Source: an uncultured candidate division Zixibacteria bacterium (lineage in GTDB: Bacteria > Zixibacteria > MSB-5A5 > UBA10806). From it: a stretch of 64,000 nucleotides of DNA. Of this stretch, positions 11,189 to 21,872 are shown in pieces. How positions within the stretch are numbered: position 1 is the stretch's first letter; the number at the start of each line of letters is the position of its first letter. The translations under genes and the position numbers were made by a program. The notes beneath the pieces were generated by a model, which did no database searches, had not been told where the DNA came from, and was given only the letters and a program-made list of their open reading frames with translations. The stretch spans positions 480,001 to 544,000 of the forward strand of contig CAWFQL010000012.1 of assembly GCA_963817915.1 (NCBI GenBank), written 5' to 3'.

Positions 11189-12430
11189 CTATTTCAACAA
11201 TTTACCTATTTCTTTTTCAATTACATCTATATCAGGTTTGATGGCTTCTTTCTCGAATTTGACATTCTTGAGGGCCGTATCTACATCCTTTAATCCATGC
11301 CCCGTAATAAGCAAGACTACTTCTTCTTGTTGCTTTAAATATTTCTTTTCTTTCAATTCAAGCATCCCCGCGAATGCCGCTGATGCCGCCGGTTCCGCGA
11401 AGACCCCACCCGATGATGCTAATATCTTTTGTGCTTTTAGAATCTTGGCATCGCTTACTGAGAAAAATCCGCCGTTAGAACCGTAAACCGCTCTTAAGGC
11501 CTTGATGCCATCCCGCGGATAGCCGACTGAAATCGAATCGGCGATAGTACTTGTACTTTCAAGCGGTTTAATTTTCTTATTCTTTTTAAAAGCCCTCACG
11601 AGCGGGTTAGCACCGTCGGCCTGGATACCATAAAGCTTAGGAATTTTATCTATCATATCCAACCGGCGTAAATCGCAAAATCCCTTGTATATCCCGCTAA
11701 TAATACATCCATCTCCAACAGGAACAATGACTGAATCCGGAGCGTGGCCAAGCTGGCAGGCTATCTCCAATGCCGCGCTCTTTTTGCCTTCGCCTGTAAA
11801 TGGGTTAACTGCCGTATTACGATTATACCATCCGAATCTTTCGCAGGCTGTCTGGCATAGATCAAACGCATGATCATAATCGCAATTCAATCTCAATACA
11901 TGGGCGCCATGCATTAAGATTTGCGCGAGCTTCGGCTTCGGCGCGTTCTTCGGTACGAATACTACTGTCTTCAATGATACCGATGATGACAATGTCGCCA
12001 GGGAAGAGGCCGCGTTGCCGGTAGATGCCGCCGCTATTACATCGGCCTTTGCCTCTCTCGCCATCGCAATTGCCACGGCCGACGCCCTGTCCTTGAACGA
12101 CGCCGATGGGTTTCTGCCATCGTCTTTAATCCAAAGATTTTCCAGGCCGGTTAATTTCGATAGATTGGGGGATTTAAATAAAGGGGTGCCGCCAATTACG
12201 AGAGAGGGCAGGCTTTCGATATTCTCGAACGGGAAAATATCGCTAAATGCTTCGAATACTGATTTGTTTCGCCGTAAATGAAATCCATCGCGATACTTTG
12301 ATTTCAGGTCATCTAAAGGATAGACAACATCGAGTGTTCCCTCGAATTGTCCGCAATGCGGGCATGTCAATGTTTTGGAGTCCGCTTGATATTCGGAATT
12401 ACAGGTTACGCATTTAAGGTGATATTTCAA
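11189..12430 (-). CDS. Threonine synthase-like PLP enzyme with N-terminal zinc ribbon (substrate uncertain)
   Basis: CxxC..CxxC, NPSASFKDR, ASTGNAA, PVGDG, EPASA, ITGHGLKD; likely TTG start at 12430 with GGAG RBS overlapping the ssnA stop (ORF track start 12442). Confidence 0.85.
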   Translation of the reverse strand: MKYHLKCVTCNSEYQADSKTLTCPHCGQFEGTLDVVYPLDDLKSKYRDGFHLRRNKSVFEAFSDIFPFENIESLPSLVIGGTPLFKSPNLSKLTGLENLWIKDDGRNPSASFKDRASAVAIAMAREAKADVIAAASTGNAASSLATLSSSVSLKTVVFVPKNAPKPKLAQILMHGAHVLRLNCDYDHAFDLCQTACERFGWYNRNTAVNPFTGEGKKSAALEIACQLGHAPDSVIVPVGDGCIISGIYKGFCDLRRLDMIDKIPKLYGIQADGANPLVRAFKKNKKIKPLESTSTIADSISVGYPRDGIKALRAVYGSNGGFFSVSDAKILKAQKILASSGGVFAEPAASAAFAGMLELKEKKYLKQQEEVVLLITGHGLKDVDTALKNVKFEKEAIKPDIDVIEKEIGKLLK

Positions 12431-13770
12431 ATTCGCTCCCACAGCCTTTTTGCTTGTTTGCGTGCTTGATCCAAAATATTCTTATAATCGAATGACGAAA
12501 ACTCTCCATCCTTCAATATCCGTTTGCCGTTCACCCAGACCGAGTCCGCTTTTTGATTGGCCAGTCCATATAAATAATGCCCATAGATATTTTGACTCGT
12601 TAATGGGGTCGGGGGATTGTAGGACCATAGCACTAAATCTGCGGAATATCCCGGGGCTATCTTCCCGATTTTCGCGCCGGTAATATTGTTGAAAATCTGC
12701 GGATTTCCGTCTATGAGCATTTTAGAGATTATATCAAATCCGTAATTTGAATCTTTCTTTAGATGATGAGTAAGATATAATAGCGATTTCGCCTCTTGCA
12801 TAATATCAGAGCCGATTCCATCAGTGCCTAACCCGATATTGACTCCTTCATATTTCCACCATTCGGCAATTCCGACAGCGTTATTCTGATTCGAACGAGG
12901 GCACAGGATCAAATTCGCGCCGGATGATTTTAGCAATTCTATTTCGTCTCTGTCGAGATGAACTCCGTGAATTGCGAGGCTCTTATTGTTCAATAAACCA
13001 TATTTTGCAAATCGTTGAGTAGCCCTGATACCATATTTCGCAATAGAATCGTCTTGATCGAATTTATCTTCGGCCAGATGGAAATGATATCCCGGCGAGA
13101 ATTGCCTTGTTGCTTCCGAGATATTTTTCAGACTTTCATCCGATAATGTCATTGAAGCGTGAAGTCCGACCATTGTATTCAAAAGGCCGTTATTTAGATT
13201 TTGAGCTCGCTTTTTCCAGGGCCAGTATAGTTTCATTCAAGGCCTTCGCTGAAATTTATTTTTGCCTTTTCTGTCAGATAATTCAAAACATATCGAACCT
13301 CGGAGCCCTATGGTCTCGAATGCTTCCGCAATTTTGCTCAGTGAGCCTTTGATATTGGTCTGGCTCGAATGATGATCCGCGACTGCTGTCACTCCCGATA
13401 ATACTGATTCGCAAAGACCAATCATGGCGGAATAATAGATATCATCAAGATTCAATGCTTCATCGAGCCGCCACCATATATTTTCAAGTATCTCTTTGAA
13501 ATTTGCCGAATGCTTTCCTGTGCCTGCCCAGCCGCGCGCGAATGATGAATATAAATGATGATGAAGATTTACCAGCCCGGGTGTCAACAATCCTGTATCG
13601 ATTTTTTCAACACCGGCATCGGGGTTGGCGGTTTTCAGTTGATTGAAATCGCCGACAGAAGCAATAATTCCATCTTCGACTAATATAGCCCCAGATTCTA
13701 TTACGCCAACCTCGGAATTCGTAAACAAATAAGGGGCTGATATAATATTCTTTTTCGATTTATTTGACAA
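12427..13770 (-). CDS. ssnA: SsnA-like amidohydrolase; interrupted by two compensating indels at about 13195-13255
   Basis: PGLVNLHHHLYS, WWRLDEAL, DHHSS, GLHAS, HLAED, IHGVH, SNQNNAVG, GTDG. Confidence 0.88.
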
Positions 13771-15505
13771 ATAGTCCTACCGGTTTGAATTGCTTAACAT
13801 CAATAAGCCCGTAGTCGGTAAGTTTTAGCTCTGGAATCACCGGAAGCGCGAGGAAGCTCAAAGTCATCATCGGCTCTTTGAGTTTCGAACCAAGTACATG
13901 AATTACATCAATCAGCTTTTCAACATCGTCGGCGACTTCCTGCAACGGCCTGTCCGACATCAAACCCGCTATCGGTAATTTTACATCGGCCAATACCTGA
14001 CCATCGGCGACCGCCGCTATTCCTCCGCCGATCTTATTGATATGAGTAACAGCCTTAAAGATATCGCCATCATCAACACCCGCGACAATTATATTGTGCG
14101 AATCATGCGCTATCGATGTTGCCACAGCTCCGCGCTTGATCCCGAATCCCTTGACCAGACCTTTTCCAATTCTGCCCGAGGCCGTGTGACGTTCCAATAC
14201 GAATAACTTCAGGATATCCCGTTTGGTATCAGATACAACTTCACGGCCATTAATTTTGGGATCAAAAAGTCTGTGTTTGGTGATAATCTGATCCGGAATA
14301 ATCTCGATAACCCTGACTTTGCCCTTCTTGGCAGGGATATGAAATTCATCGCCGTTAAGCCATTTAATATTGACCGTGCTTCTGATAATCGGCTTCGGGC
14401 GCGGAATATCTTCATATATGGCCTGCCCGTTTTTCCCGACCAGCACACCTTTTTTGAAAACCTCGGTGATATTCATCTTTTTGAAATTATCAAAGACAAC
14501 TAAATCTGCCACCAGTCCCGGCGCAATTGCTCCCAAATCCTTGAGGCCGAAATATTCGGCAGGATTCAGGGTGACTAGCTGAATAGCGGTGATCGGATCG
14601 AGTCCCAATTTGATCGCCTTTCTCACAACACCATCAGTATGCCCAGTTGCCAGGATATCGCCCGGATTATGATCATCGGTCACCAGCATGAAACGGTTCT
14701 TATTTGACGCATTTACCAGCGGCAACAGGTCTTTCAAATTTCTGGCCGCGGAACCCTCGCGAATCATCACATACATTCCCAAACGAAGCTTTTCCCGCGC
14801 CTCTTTCAACGTTGTTGATTCATGATCCGACGATATCCCCGCTGAAATATACCCCGCAAGGTTTTTACCACTCATGCCGGGCGCGTGACCCTCGACCCGC
14901 TTCTCCTCGGTAATCGCGATCTTTTCCATCAAATCCTCATCGCCGCCGAGAACGCCCGGATAATTCATGACTTCTCCCAAGCCGACCACCCATTTTTCCC
15001 TGAAAAATGGAAATATATCGAATGCCTTCATTGTCGAACCCGATGTTTCTAAATTGGTCGCTGGTACACACGATGGGAGAGTGATAAATACATTCAACGG
15101 ATTATACTTCGATGATTCCAGCATATAGCGAATACCATCATATCCTAAGACATTGGCGATCTCATGCGGATCCGCTACAATAGAAGTCGTCCCGCGAGGT
15201 ACGATCACTCTCGCCAGCTCGGGAATAGTCACCATCGATGATTCCACATGGAAATGGCCTTCGATAAATCCCGGCGCGACATATTTGCCGTTCATGTTTA
15301 TACGCTTAACCGATTTATATCTGGGACCGACTCCGGCGATTCTATCCTGATAAATAGCGATACTGCCTTCGATAATTTCATTGGAGAAGACATTGACGAT
15401 TCTGCAATTATCAAGGCTCAAATCGGCCATTCTCTGATCCGAGGCTACCTCGATTAGCTCCTTGATAGCCCTGACTGATCTTCGAGCAAATGGATTAGGC
15501 GACAT
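13760..15505 (-). CDS. ade: Adenine deaminase
   Basis: GHFHVESSM, DPHEIANV, EVMNYPGV, GHAPG, SDHE, REGSAA, AHDSHN, LSFLALPVIPELK. Confidence 0.95.
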   Translation of the reverse strand: MSPNPFARRSVRAIKELIEVASDQRMADLSLDNCRIVNVFSNEIIEGSIAIYQDRIAGVGPRYKSVKRINMNGKYVAPGFIEGHFHVESSMVTIPELARVIVPRGTTSIVADPHEIANVLGYDGIRYMLESSKYNPLNVFITLPSCVPATNLETSGSTMKAFDIFPFFREKWVVGLGEVMNYPGVLGGDEDLMEKIAITEEKRVEGHAPGMSGKNLAGYISAGISSDHESTTLKEAREKLRLGMYVMIREGSAARNLKDLLPLVNASNKNRFMLVTDDHNPGDILATGHTDGVVRKAIKLGLDPITAIQLVTLNPAEYFGLKDLGAIAPGLVADLVVFDNFKKMNITEVFKKGVLVGKNGQAIYEDIPRPKPIIRSTVNIKWLNGDEFHIPAKKGKVRVIEIIPDQIITKHRLFDPKINGREVVSDTKRDILKLFVLERHTASGRIGKGLVKGFGIKRGAVATSIAHDSHNIIVAGVDDGDIFKAVTHINKIGGGIAAVADGQVLADVKLPIAGLMSDRPLQEVADDVEKLIDVIHVLGSKLKEPMMTLSFLALPVIPELKLTDYGLIDVKQFKPVGLFVK

Positions 15506-15534
15506 AATATTTCCTCAATACCATTCTGATTTGA

Positions 15535-16743
15535 CTAATTAAATTGTTTTAATTCCAGACAGCTCTTGACCGGCTGGGTCAAAAGGCAAAGTCCGCAACC
15601 GACACATTTTTCAATTGAAATATTGGGCGTGCGATTTTCATGGTTCCATTCGATCGCTTCATGGCCGCCATCACGGCAGGCTATATAGCAATGACCGCAT
15701 CCGATACATTTTTCTTTCACTACCTGACTTCTAACTTTTATCCGCGGCAGATGATCATGATCGACTAAATTGGGCAGCGCTTGTCCGATAAGCTTGTCAA
15801 CCGATTCGATATTTTTCCTTAAAAGATAATTATCAAGCCCCGATGTCAGATCATTGATAATATCAAATCCATAGAGCATCACCGCTGTGCATATCTGGAT
15901 ATTGCGCGCGCCAACCGAAAGCAGTTCCACTGAGTCGCGCCAATCCGATATGCCGCCATTACCGGATATTACGAGCCCCTTCAGATTTCTGGCAATCTCC
16001 GCGACTGTTCTCAGCGTAATAGCCTTGATTACCGGCCCGGTTAATCCCGAATATGTCGATTTTCCGCTGACATTCGGCTCTGGAGTCAACGATTCGATAT
16101 CTATGCCCATTAACGCCGGAATCGAATTAGATGCCGTGATGCCATCGCACCCAGATCGTTGCACTGCCTTCGCAATTGCGACTATATCAGTAACCTGCGG
16201 AGTAATTTTTATCAACACTGGCAAATTGCCGGCGGCTTCCTTCACCCAGGTCGCGGCCCGTTCTGTGGCTGATTCGCTTTGTGCCAGCATTTTCCCCGGA
16301 TCTTCTCCGATATTTCCCTGCGGGCAGGAAAAACTGCATTCGATTAAATCGACTCCGGCATCCTTGAGCATCCTAACGAGCGTCTGCCAGCCTTCTTTCG
16401 ACCCCGACATTATCGATGCCGCTATCATCTTCGATGGGAATTCCTTTTTGAGAATTTTGACACGCCTTACTATCTCATCGATATGATAGCCGCTGATTAA
16501 ATCGATATTACCCATTCCGATTGCTCTATCATCATTTTTGATTGAGCTCATCATCGGATAAGCTAAATCGACTTTGGTTCCTTCAAGCGAAGTTGTCTTC
16601 AGCACTAACCCTGCCCAGCCGGCTTCGAGTCCTCGTCTGGCTATCGAAAGCTCATCGGTCGATGGCGCCGCTGATAATATGAATGGATTCTCTAACTCTA
16701 TGCCGAGAAAATTGGATTTCAGTCTGGTTGATGTTAGGGTCAT
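15535..16743 (-). CDS. preA: Dihydropyrimidine dehydrogenase PreA-like FMN/Fe-S subunit
   Basis: LENPFILS, GMGNIDLIS, FSCPQG, KITPQVTDI, QICTAVM, C-terminal ferredoxin CIGCGHCYIAC and CVGCGLC. Confidence 0.88.
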   Translation of the reverse strand: MTLTSTRLKSNFLGIELENPFILSAAPSTDELSIARRGLEAGWAGLVLKTTSLEGTKVDLAYPMMSSIKNDDRAIGMGNIDLISGYHIDEIVRRVKILKKEFPSKMIAASIMSGSKEGWQTLVRMLKDAGVDLIECSFSCPQGNIGEDPGKMLAQSESATERAATWVKEAAGNLPVLIKITPQVTDIVAIAKAVQRSGCDGITASNSIPALMGIDIESLTPEPNVSGKSTYSGLTGPVIKAITLRTVAEIARNLKGLVISGNGGISDWRDSVELLSVGARNIQICTAVMLYGFDIINDLTSGLDNYLLRKNIESVDKLIGQALPNLVDHDHLPRIKVRSQVVKEKCIGCGHCYIACRDGGHEAIEWNHENRTPNISIEKCVGCGLCLLTQPVKSCLELKQFN

Positions 16744-18002
16744 AGCTTCGTATCTTTCAAAAATGATAATATCTTCTGCGCCGCCGATTTCCCATCGCGC
16801 ACCGCTTCGACTATGGTACCTTCGCCTCTCGCGAAATCACCACCCGCGAAGATGCCTTTTATGGATGTTGTCAGATCGCCATTAATTTTGATTTTATCAG
16901 CATATCCGGAATATAGACCGACAGCAATTATGGCTAATTCCACAGGTAGTATAAATTCAGTGCCTGCCACATTTCCCGGTATTCGTCTGCCGCCGGAATC
17001 TAACTTGTCTGTTAAACTAGTTCTGACACATTTGATCGACGCAAGATTCCCGGCTTTGGAAATAAATTCTATTGGGGCGACCAGGTAGTCGATTATCACA
17101 CCCTGCCCTTGAGCCTCTTTGAGCTCCGACTCCCAAACTTTGATTTCTTTTGGCCCGCGTCGGTATAGAAGATGAATTTCCGATGCTCCAAGCCGCGCCG
17201 CTGTCGATGCCACGTCGAGTGAGACATTCCCACCGCCGATTACGACAACTCTCTTGCCTTTTAACGAAGGATATTTGGATTTCCGGGCTTGCTCCAAAAA
17301 CTGGAGAGCGTGGATTACCTGTGGGAGATTTTCGCCGGGGATATTCAACAATTTTCCCTCTGAAAGTCCGGCCGCGACAAAAACCGAATCATAACTGCCG
17401 AGTAACTTCGTGGGATCATCGATTGTAGAATTTAAATTGATTTCTATTCCAAGCGCGATAGCGTGCTGGATATCCTTCGCCAAAATTTCGTCAGTCAATC
17501 TAAATTCGGGGATGCTGCTTGACGGCACGCCGCCGATATGATCACCCCGTTCAAAGATTGTCACTGCGATTCCGACTTCGGCTAATTTGATTGCGCAACT
17601 TAGCCCGGCTGGGCCTGATCCTATGATCGCTACTTTATTTCCGGATTTCCTTACAGATATATTGCCGAAAGTTTCGGAGCTAGTAGCGTAACTATGAAGC
17701 TCCCTTATCATCAAGGGCCGATCTATCTTGGCTCTCGTGCATTGTGTTTGGCAAAATACTTCCTCCGGACAGACCGCTCCGCAGGTTGCGGCCATTGGGT
17801 TGGCATCTCGAATTAATTCGGCCGCGTATCGAATATTGCCTGATTTAATAGATCTGATAAAATTCGGAATTGGTATCGATGCCGGACATGCTTTTTGACA
17901 TGGCGGATCAAAACAACTCAGACATCTCAAGGCTTCGTCATTCAACCAGTCGCTCTGTAATTCAATATTTTTGGAATTTTCTGTCGAGGTTGTTTTATTC
18001 AT
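16740..18002 (-). CDS. preT: PreT/GltD-like FAD/NAD(P)H Fe-S subunit
   Basis: EALRCLSCFDPPCQKACP, CGAVCPEEVFCQTQC, GSGPAGL, GGGNVSLD, FAGGD; ATGA coupled to preA. Confidence 0.88.
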   Translation of the reverse strand: MNKTTSTENSKNIELQSDWLNDEALRCLSCFDPPCQKACPASIPIPNFIRSIKSGNIRYAAELIRDANPMAATCGAVCPEEVFCQTQCTRAKIDRPLMIRELHSYATSSETFGNISVRKSGNKVAIIGSGPAGLSCAIKLAEVGIAVTIFERGDHIGGVPSSSIPEFRLTDEILAKDIQHAIALGIEINLNSTIDDPTKLLGSYDSVFVAAGLSEGKLLNIPGENLPQVIHALQFLEQARKSKYPSLKGKRVVVIGGGNVSLDVASTAARLGASEIHLLYRRGPKEIKVWESELKEAQGQGVIIDYLVAPIEFISKAGNLASIKCVRTSLTDKLDSGGRRIPGNVAGTEFILPVELAIIAVGLYSGYADKIKINGDLTTSIKGIFAGGDFARGEGTIVEAVRDGKSAAQKILSFLKDTKL

Positions 18003-18118
18003 CGCTTGTTGTCATCCGATCATCATATTCTTTTATAAGGATAGAAAATAAACAATATTAATGAAAGCCCAAAAAGCCCTTATATACCGGAAGGTCCGGG
18101 GTCTTAATAAATTCATCC

Positions 18119-18670
18119 TCATTTGTTGCCGCCAGTAACCCTATGAGAAAAAGCTCCTAAATTCTCCTCAGTAATAATAGTCGCCGCCTTTTTCAACGCT
18201 TCGATTATTTGGATATATCCGGTGCAACGGCATAAATTTCCGGCAATAGCAGTCTTTATTTCAGCTTCATTCGGATTTTTGTTTTTGAGAAATAGGGCAA
18301 TTGACGACATCACCATTCCCGGCGAGCAAAATCCGCAATGAACTGCATCGTATTCCAAAAAGGCTTTTTGGATTGGATGAACCTCATTAGCCATTCGGGG
18401 AGTAACCCCTTCGATTGTCCAAATAACCGCGTTGTCAATCTGTGGCGCTAAAACCAGGCAGGCATTGACAGCTTCGCCGTTGAAAAGCACGGTGCATACT
18501 CCGCACTCGCCGATCTCGCATCCGCATTTGGTGCCATAGTATCCAAGCCCATCGCGGAGGAATCTAAGCAATGTCCAACTGATAGGGACTTCCTTTTCGT
18601 ATTCGATCCCATTGAGGCGGAATCTGACAATAACATCCTTTTGCGTGTCTATGTAATTAGCGTTTTTCAA
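18119..18670 (-). CDS. Xanthine dehydrogenase-family 2Fe-2S subunit (copy 2)
   Basis: GTKCGCEIGECGVCTV, HCGFCSPG, GNLCRCTGY. Confidence 0.93.
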   Translation of the reverse strand: MKNANYIDTQKDVIVRFRLNGIEYEKEVPISWTLLRFLRDGLGYYGTKCGCEIGECGVCTVLFNGEAVNACLVLAPQIDNAVIWTIEGVTPRMANEVHPIQKAFLEYDAVHCGFCSPGMVMSSIALFLKNKNPNEAEIKTAIAGNLCRCTGYIQIIEALKKAATIITEENLGAFSHRVTGGNK

Positions 18671-19527
18671 TTTGTATACCCATCGTAATTAAATGCTTCG
18701 TCCAGGGCCCTTTGCATCAGGCCGATTAAAACCGGCTTTTTGTAAGGTGTCGACCAGCGATATCCGCTGTCCTTAATCATCAGGTCAGCCGCTAAATTCG
18801 AGACTTCTTCAAATAATTTTGGCGAGCCGGATTGCCCGCGTAAGATGCGTTCAATTTCATTTATCCTAGATGGCACAGGGAAGACTGAGCCTGCGGAAAT
18901 CTGCGCGGATTTAATTATATTCTCTTTATCTTTTGCCAGAGAAACAGCCAGAGTCATCCTCGATATATTCACTGCCTGCCGTCTGCCCAGCTTTATATAT
19001 GAAATGCCATTTTTATCAGGCTTAGTTTTGCAGGTAATTGAATGCAATAATTCATTCGGCTGAATAACGGTCATGTATGGCATAGTAATGAAATCAGCCA
19101 ATTTTACTGATCGTTTCGCGCCCTTACTTATCAGAATAAGTTCGGCATCATATATCAATAATGCCGGCGCCGTATCCGCGCACGGCGAAGCGTTAACAAT
19201 ATTGCCACCAATTGTACCGCGATTTCTAATTTGTTGCGACCCCACCATGCTTGCCGCAATCGAAAGCAAAGGGAGATTGTTTATAATAATTGAATTTGTC
19301 GCAAGCGAATTGTGAGTCACTGCCGCGCCGACCTCGATAGAGTCACCATTTATCTTTATAAAATCCAATCCAATAGAAGCGACATCTATCAATTTCTTGG
19401 GCTCACCTCGGCGAAGTTGGGGGATAACATCCGTGCCGCCTGCTATCGGAGTGTAATCGCCCGAAGACATTATATTCAACGCTTCGTCTACTGTCCGCGG
19501 ACGAGCAAATTCATTCACGGCGATCAT
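18667..19527 (-). CDS. Xanthine dehydrogenase-family FAD subunit (copy 2)
   Basis: AGGTDV, QIRNRGTIGGNIVNASPCAD. Confidence 0.93.
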   Translation of the reverse strand: MIAVNEFARPRTVDEALNIMSSGDYTPIAGGTDVIPQLRRGEPKKLIDVASIGLDFIKINGDSIEVGAAVTHNSLATNSIIINNLPLLSIAASMVGSQQIRNRGTIGGNIVNASPCADTAPALLIYDAELILISKGAKRSVKLADFITMPYMTVIQPNELLHSITCKTKPDKNGISYIKLGRRQAVNISRMTLAVSLAKDKENIIKSAQISAGSVFPVPSRINEIERILRGQSGSPKLFEEVSNLAADLMIKDSGYRWSTPYKKPVLIGLMQRALDEAFNYDGYTN

Positions 19528-21872
19528 TCTATGATACTCCGGGCCTTCAATGAGCCTCGTTTACTGGCGCGCGATAATTGTTTTCCCAAAAGCACCCTTT
19601 CAAGGGTCAACGGCAGATTTCTGATTCTCATACCGGTAGCATTGGCGACAGCATTCGCAATTGCGGGGGCGGCAATCTCACAGGCAGGCTCACCTAGTGA
19701 TTTCGCGCCGAATGGCCCGACCGCGTCTGGATTTTCGACAAATACAATACTCATATCCGGGATATCGCAAGCGGTCGGAATTAGATATTCATCGAAATTT
19801 TCCAACATCGGTACGCTGTCCTCTTCGCCATATTCTTCCAAGAGCGCATATCCTAGACCCATGGCAACACCGCCATAGATCTGCCCCGAAGCCCCGTTAA
19901 GATTCAGCGCTCTGCCGAGATCATGCGAACTTATGAATTTGGTCACCTTTACCTGGCCGGTGACAGTATCAACCTCGACTTCAGCTAAATTCGCGGCATA
20001 GACAAATGTGAAATAGGCATCTCCCTGGCCGTCTTCTTCATTCCAGGTAGTCGATGGTGACTTATACCATCCGAATTCAAAAAGCGATATTCCCTTTTTA
20101 AAACCTGCCGCCGCTAATTCGGCAAATGTCAGGCGTTGTGAATATTCTGAGCTGTCCACTGTCGAGTGGATTTGATTGCTTTCAAATACCAGAGAGCTCT
20201 GCGGGCAATTCAATATTTCCGCCGCCAATGGTTTCAAACTATCCGTCAGCTTTTGGCAACCAATTCGAGCCGCGTTTCCCGCCATAATGCTGGTTCGCGA
20301 TGCCACCGTGGGACCCGAATCAGGCATTACCGAAGTATCTGCACTCAAAAATCTAATCTTATCAATTGTTATTCCAAGCTCTTCGGCAATCACCATAGAT
20401 ATAGTAGTAGCAGAGCCCTGTCCCATATCGACCAGCCCGCACGACGCCACAATCGAACCGTCGGTCTGAATTGAAATAGCGACCCCAGCAGCATCGGTAC
20501 CTTCAGCGCCAAGCGAGACTCCTCTATAACTACATGAAATCCCGATTCCCTTTTTTATTTTGTCATTGCTGCCCTGGTTGTCTTTCCATTTTGTTTTGAA
20601 ATTTCCCATATTGCCAACATTGGCCAGAGCATCACCGACACTTACCTTATGATTCAATTTCTGGCCGGTCGCCGTGATGGAGCCATCCCTAAGAGTATTC
20701 AATAGACGAAATTCCATAGGATCTTGGTTCAACTCTGCCGCAAGTTCATCCATCAATGATTCCACAGCGAAACAAATCTGTGGCGATCCGAACCCCCTCA
20801 TCGCGCCGGTGTAGCAATTATTGGTATATACAGCGTAAACATCGGTCTTCACATTCGGCACGATATATGGCCCGGTAGCCTGAACCACCGAACGCCACGT
20901 TACGAATGGTGACATGGCGGCGTACGCGCCGGCGTCGGCGTGAATAACTATCTCCATCGCCTGTAGCAGACCATCCTTGCGCGCGCCGACCTTATATTTC
21001 ATTTTATATGGATGGCGTTTATAAGATTCTCTCATTGAATTTTCACGGCTATTGACCATTTTTACAGGCCGTCCGGTAGCGATCGCCAGTAATGCTGCCC
21101 GGCAGCATAGCGCGCTCATAGCTTCATCCTTGCCGCCGAATGATCCGCCGAGAATCGCTTGTAAAATTCGAATTCTATTCAACGGCAAATTCAATACCGA
21201 TGATAAAACCCGCCTTATGCTATACAAATTCTGAACCGATCCGGTTATGGTTATGCCGCCATTTTCTCCCGGCTCGGCCAAGACCGCTTCAGGCTCCAGG
21301 TATGAATGCTCGATTTTTTGAGTGCTATATTCTCGTTCGATAACAATATCAGATTTAGCAAATCCATCGGTGATATCCCCACGTTTGACCTTGTGATGAT
21401 TGCAGAGATTGCCTTTTTCATGAACCAGGGGAGAGGCAGGTTTCAATGCTTCAATTGGATCGGTTACGGGCTCTAATGGTTCATATTTGACTTTAATTTG
21501 TTTGGCGGCTTCCTCTGCGATTTCAACAGTTTCGGCCGCGACTATCGCTACCACATCCCCAAAAAATCTCGCCTTATCCACGCATAAAACCATTTGATGC
21601 GGTTCTATCGCCCCGAATGATTTATTGCCGGGAATATCATTGTAGGTCAAGATCGCCCGCACACCTGCGATTTTTTTTGCCTTCTCAATATCAATCGAAA
21701 TTATCTTCGTGTGAGGAAAATCAGTATACTTTACCGCTCCATACAATTGCCCGCGTCGATTATAGTCTGCCCCGTACATGGCTCGACCCGTAACCTTATC
21801 GAGCCCGTCAACGCGAGGGACGCTCGTCCCGATTATCTTGAATGTTTTATCGTCCGGCTTAATATCAGGCAT
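19524..21872 (-). CDS. Xanthine dehydrogenase-family molybdopterin subunit (copy 2)
   Basis: GGSFGGK, AMRGFGSPQ, DMGQG, GPTVASR, AKSLGEP; likely ATG 21872 overlapping upstream stop. Confidence 0.93.
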   Translation of the reverse strand: MPDIKPDDKTFKIIGTSVPRVDGLDKVTGRAMYGADYNRRGQLYGAVKYTDFPHTKIISIDIEKAKKIAGVRAILTYNDIPGNKSFGAIEPHQMVLCVDKARFFGDVVAIVAAETVEIAEEAAKQIKVKYEPLEPVTDPIEALKPASPLVHEKGNLCNHHKVKRGDITDGFAKSDIVIEREYSTQKIEHSYLEPEAVLAEPGENGGITITGSVQNLYSIRRVLSSVLNLPLNRIRILQAILGGSFGGKDEAMSALCCRAALLAIATGRPVKMVNSRENSMRESYKRHPYKMKYKVGARKDGLLQAMEIVIHADAGAYAAMSPFVTWRSVVQATGPYIVPNVKTDVYAVYTNNCYTGAMRGFGSPQICFAVESLMDELAAELNQDPMEFRLLNTLRDGSITATGQKLNHKVSVGDALANVGNMGNFKTKWKDNQGSNDKIKKGIGISCSYRGVSLGAEGTDAAGVAISIQTDGSIVASCGLVDMGQGSATTISMVIAEELGITIDKIRFLSADTSVMPDSGPTVASRTSIMAGNAARIGCQKLTDSLKPLAAEILNCPQSSLVFESNQIHSTVDSSEYSQRLTFAELAAAGFKKGISLFEFGWYKSPSTTWNEEDGQGDAYFTFVYAANLAEVEVDTVTGQVKVTKFISSHDLGRALNLNGASGQIYGGVAMGLGYALLEEYGEEDSVPMLENFDEYLIPTACDIPDMSIVFVENPDAVGPFGAKSLGEPACEIAAPAIANAVANATGMRIRNLPLTLERVLLGKQLSRASKRGSLKARSIIE

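Noticed and set aside
13195..13260. In-frame TGA in ssnA as selenocysteine or read-through (cluster type is selenium-linked)
   Set aside because: The flanking in-frame peptide (FQRRP*MKLYWPW) is implausible, while the shifted frame gives a sensible helix (SAKALNETILALEKASS); two compensating indels explain it, and the position is not a Cys site
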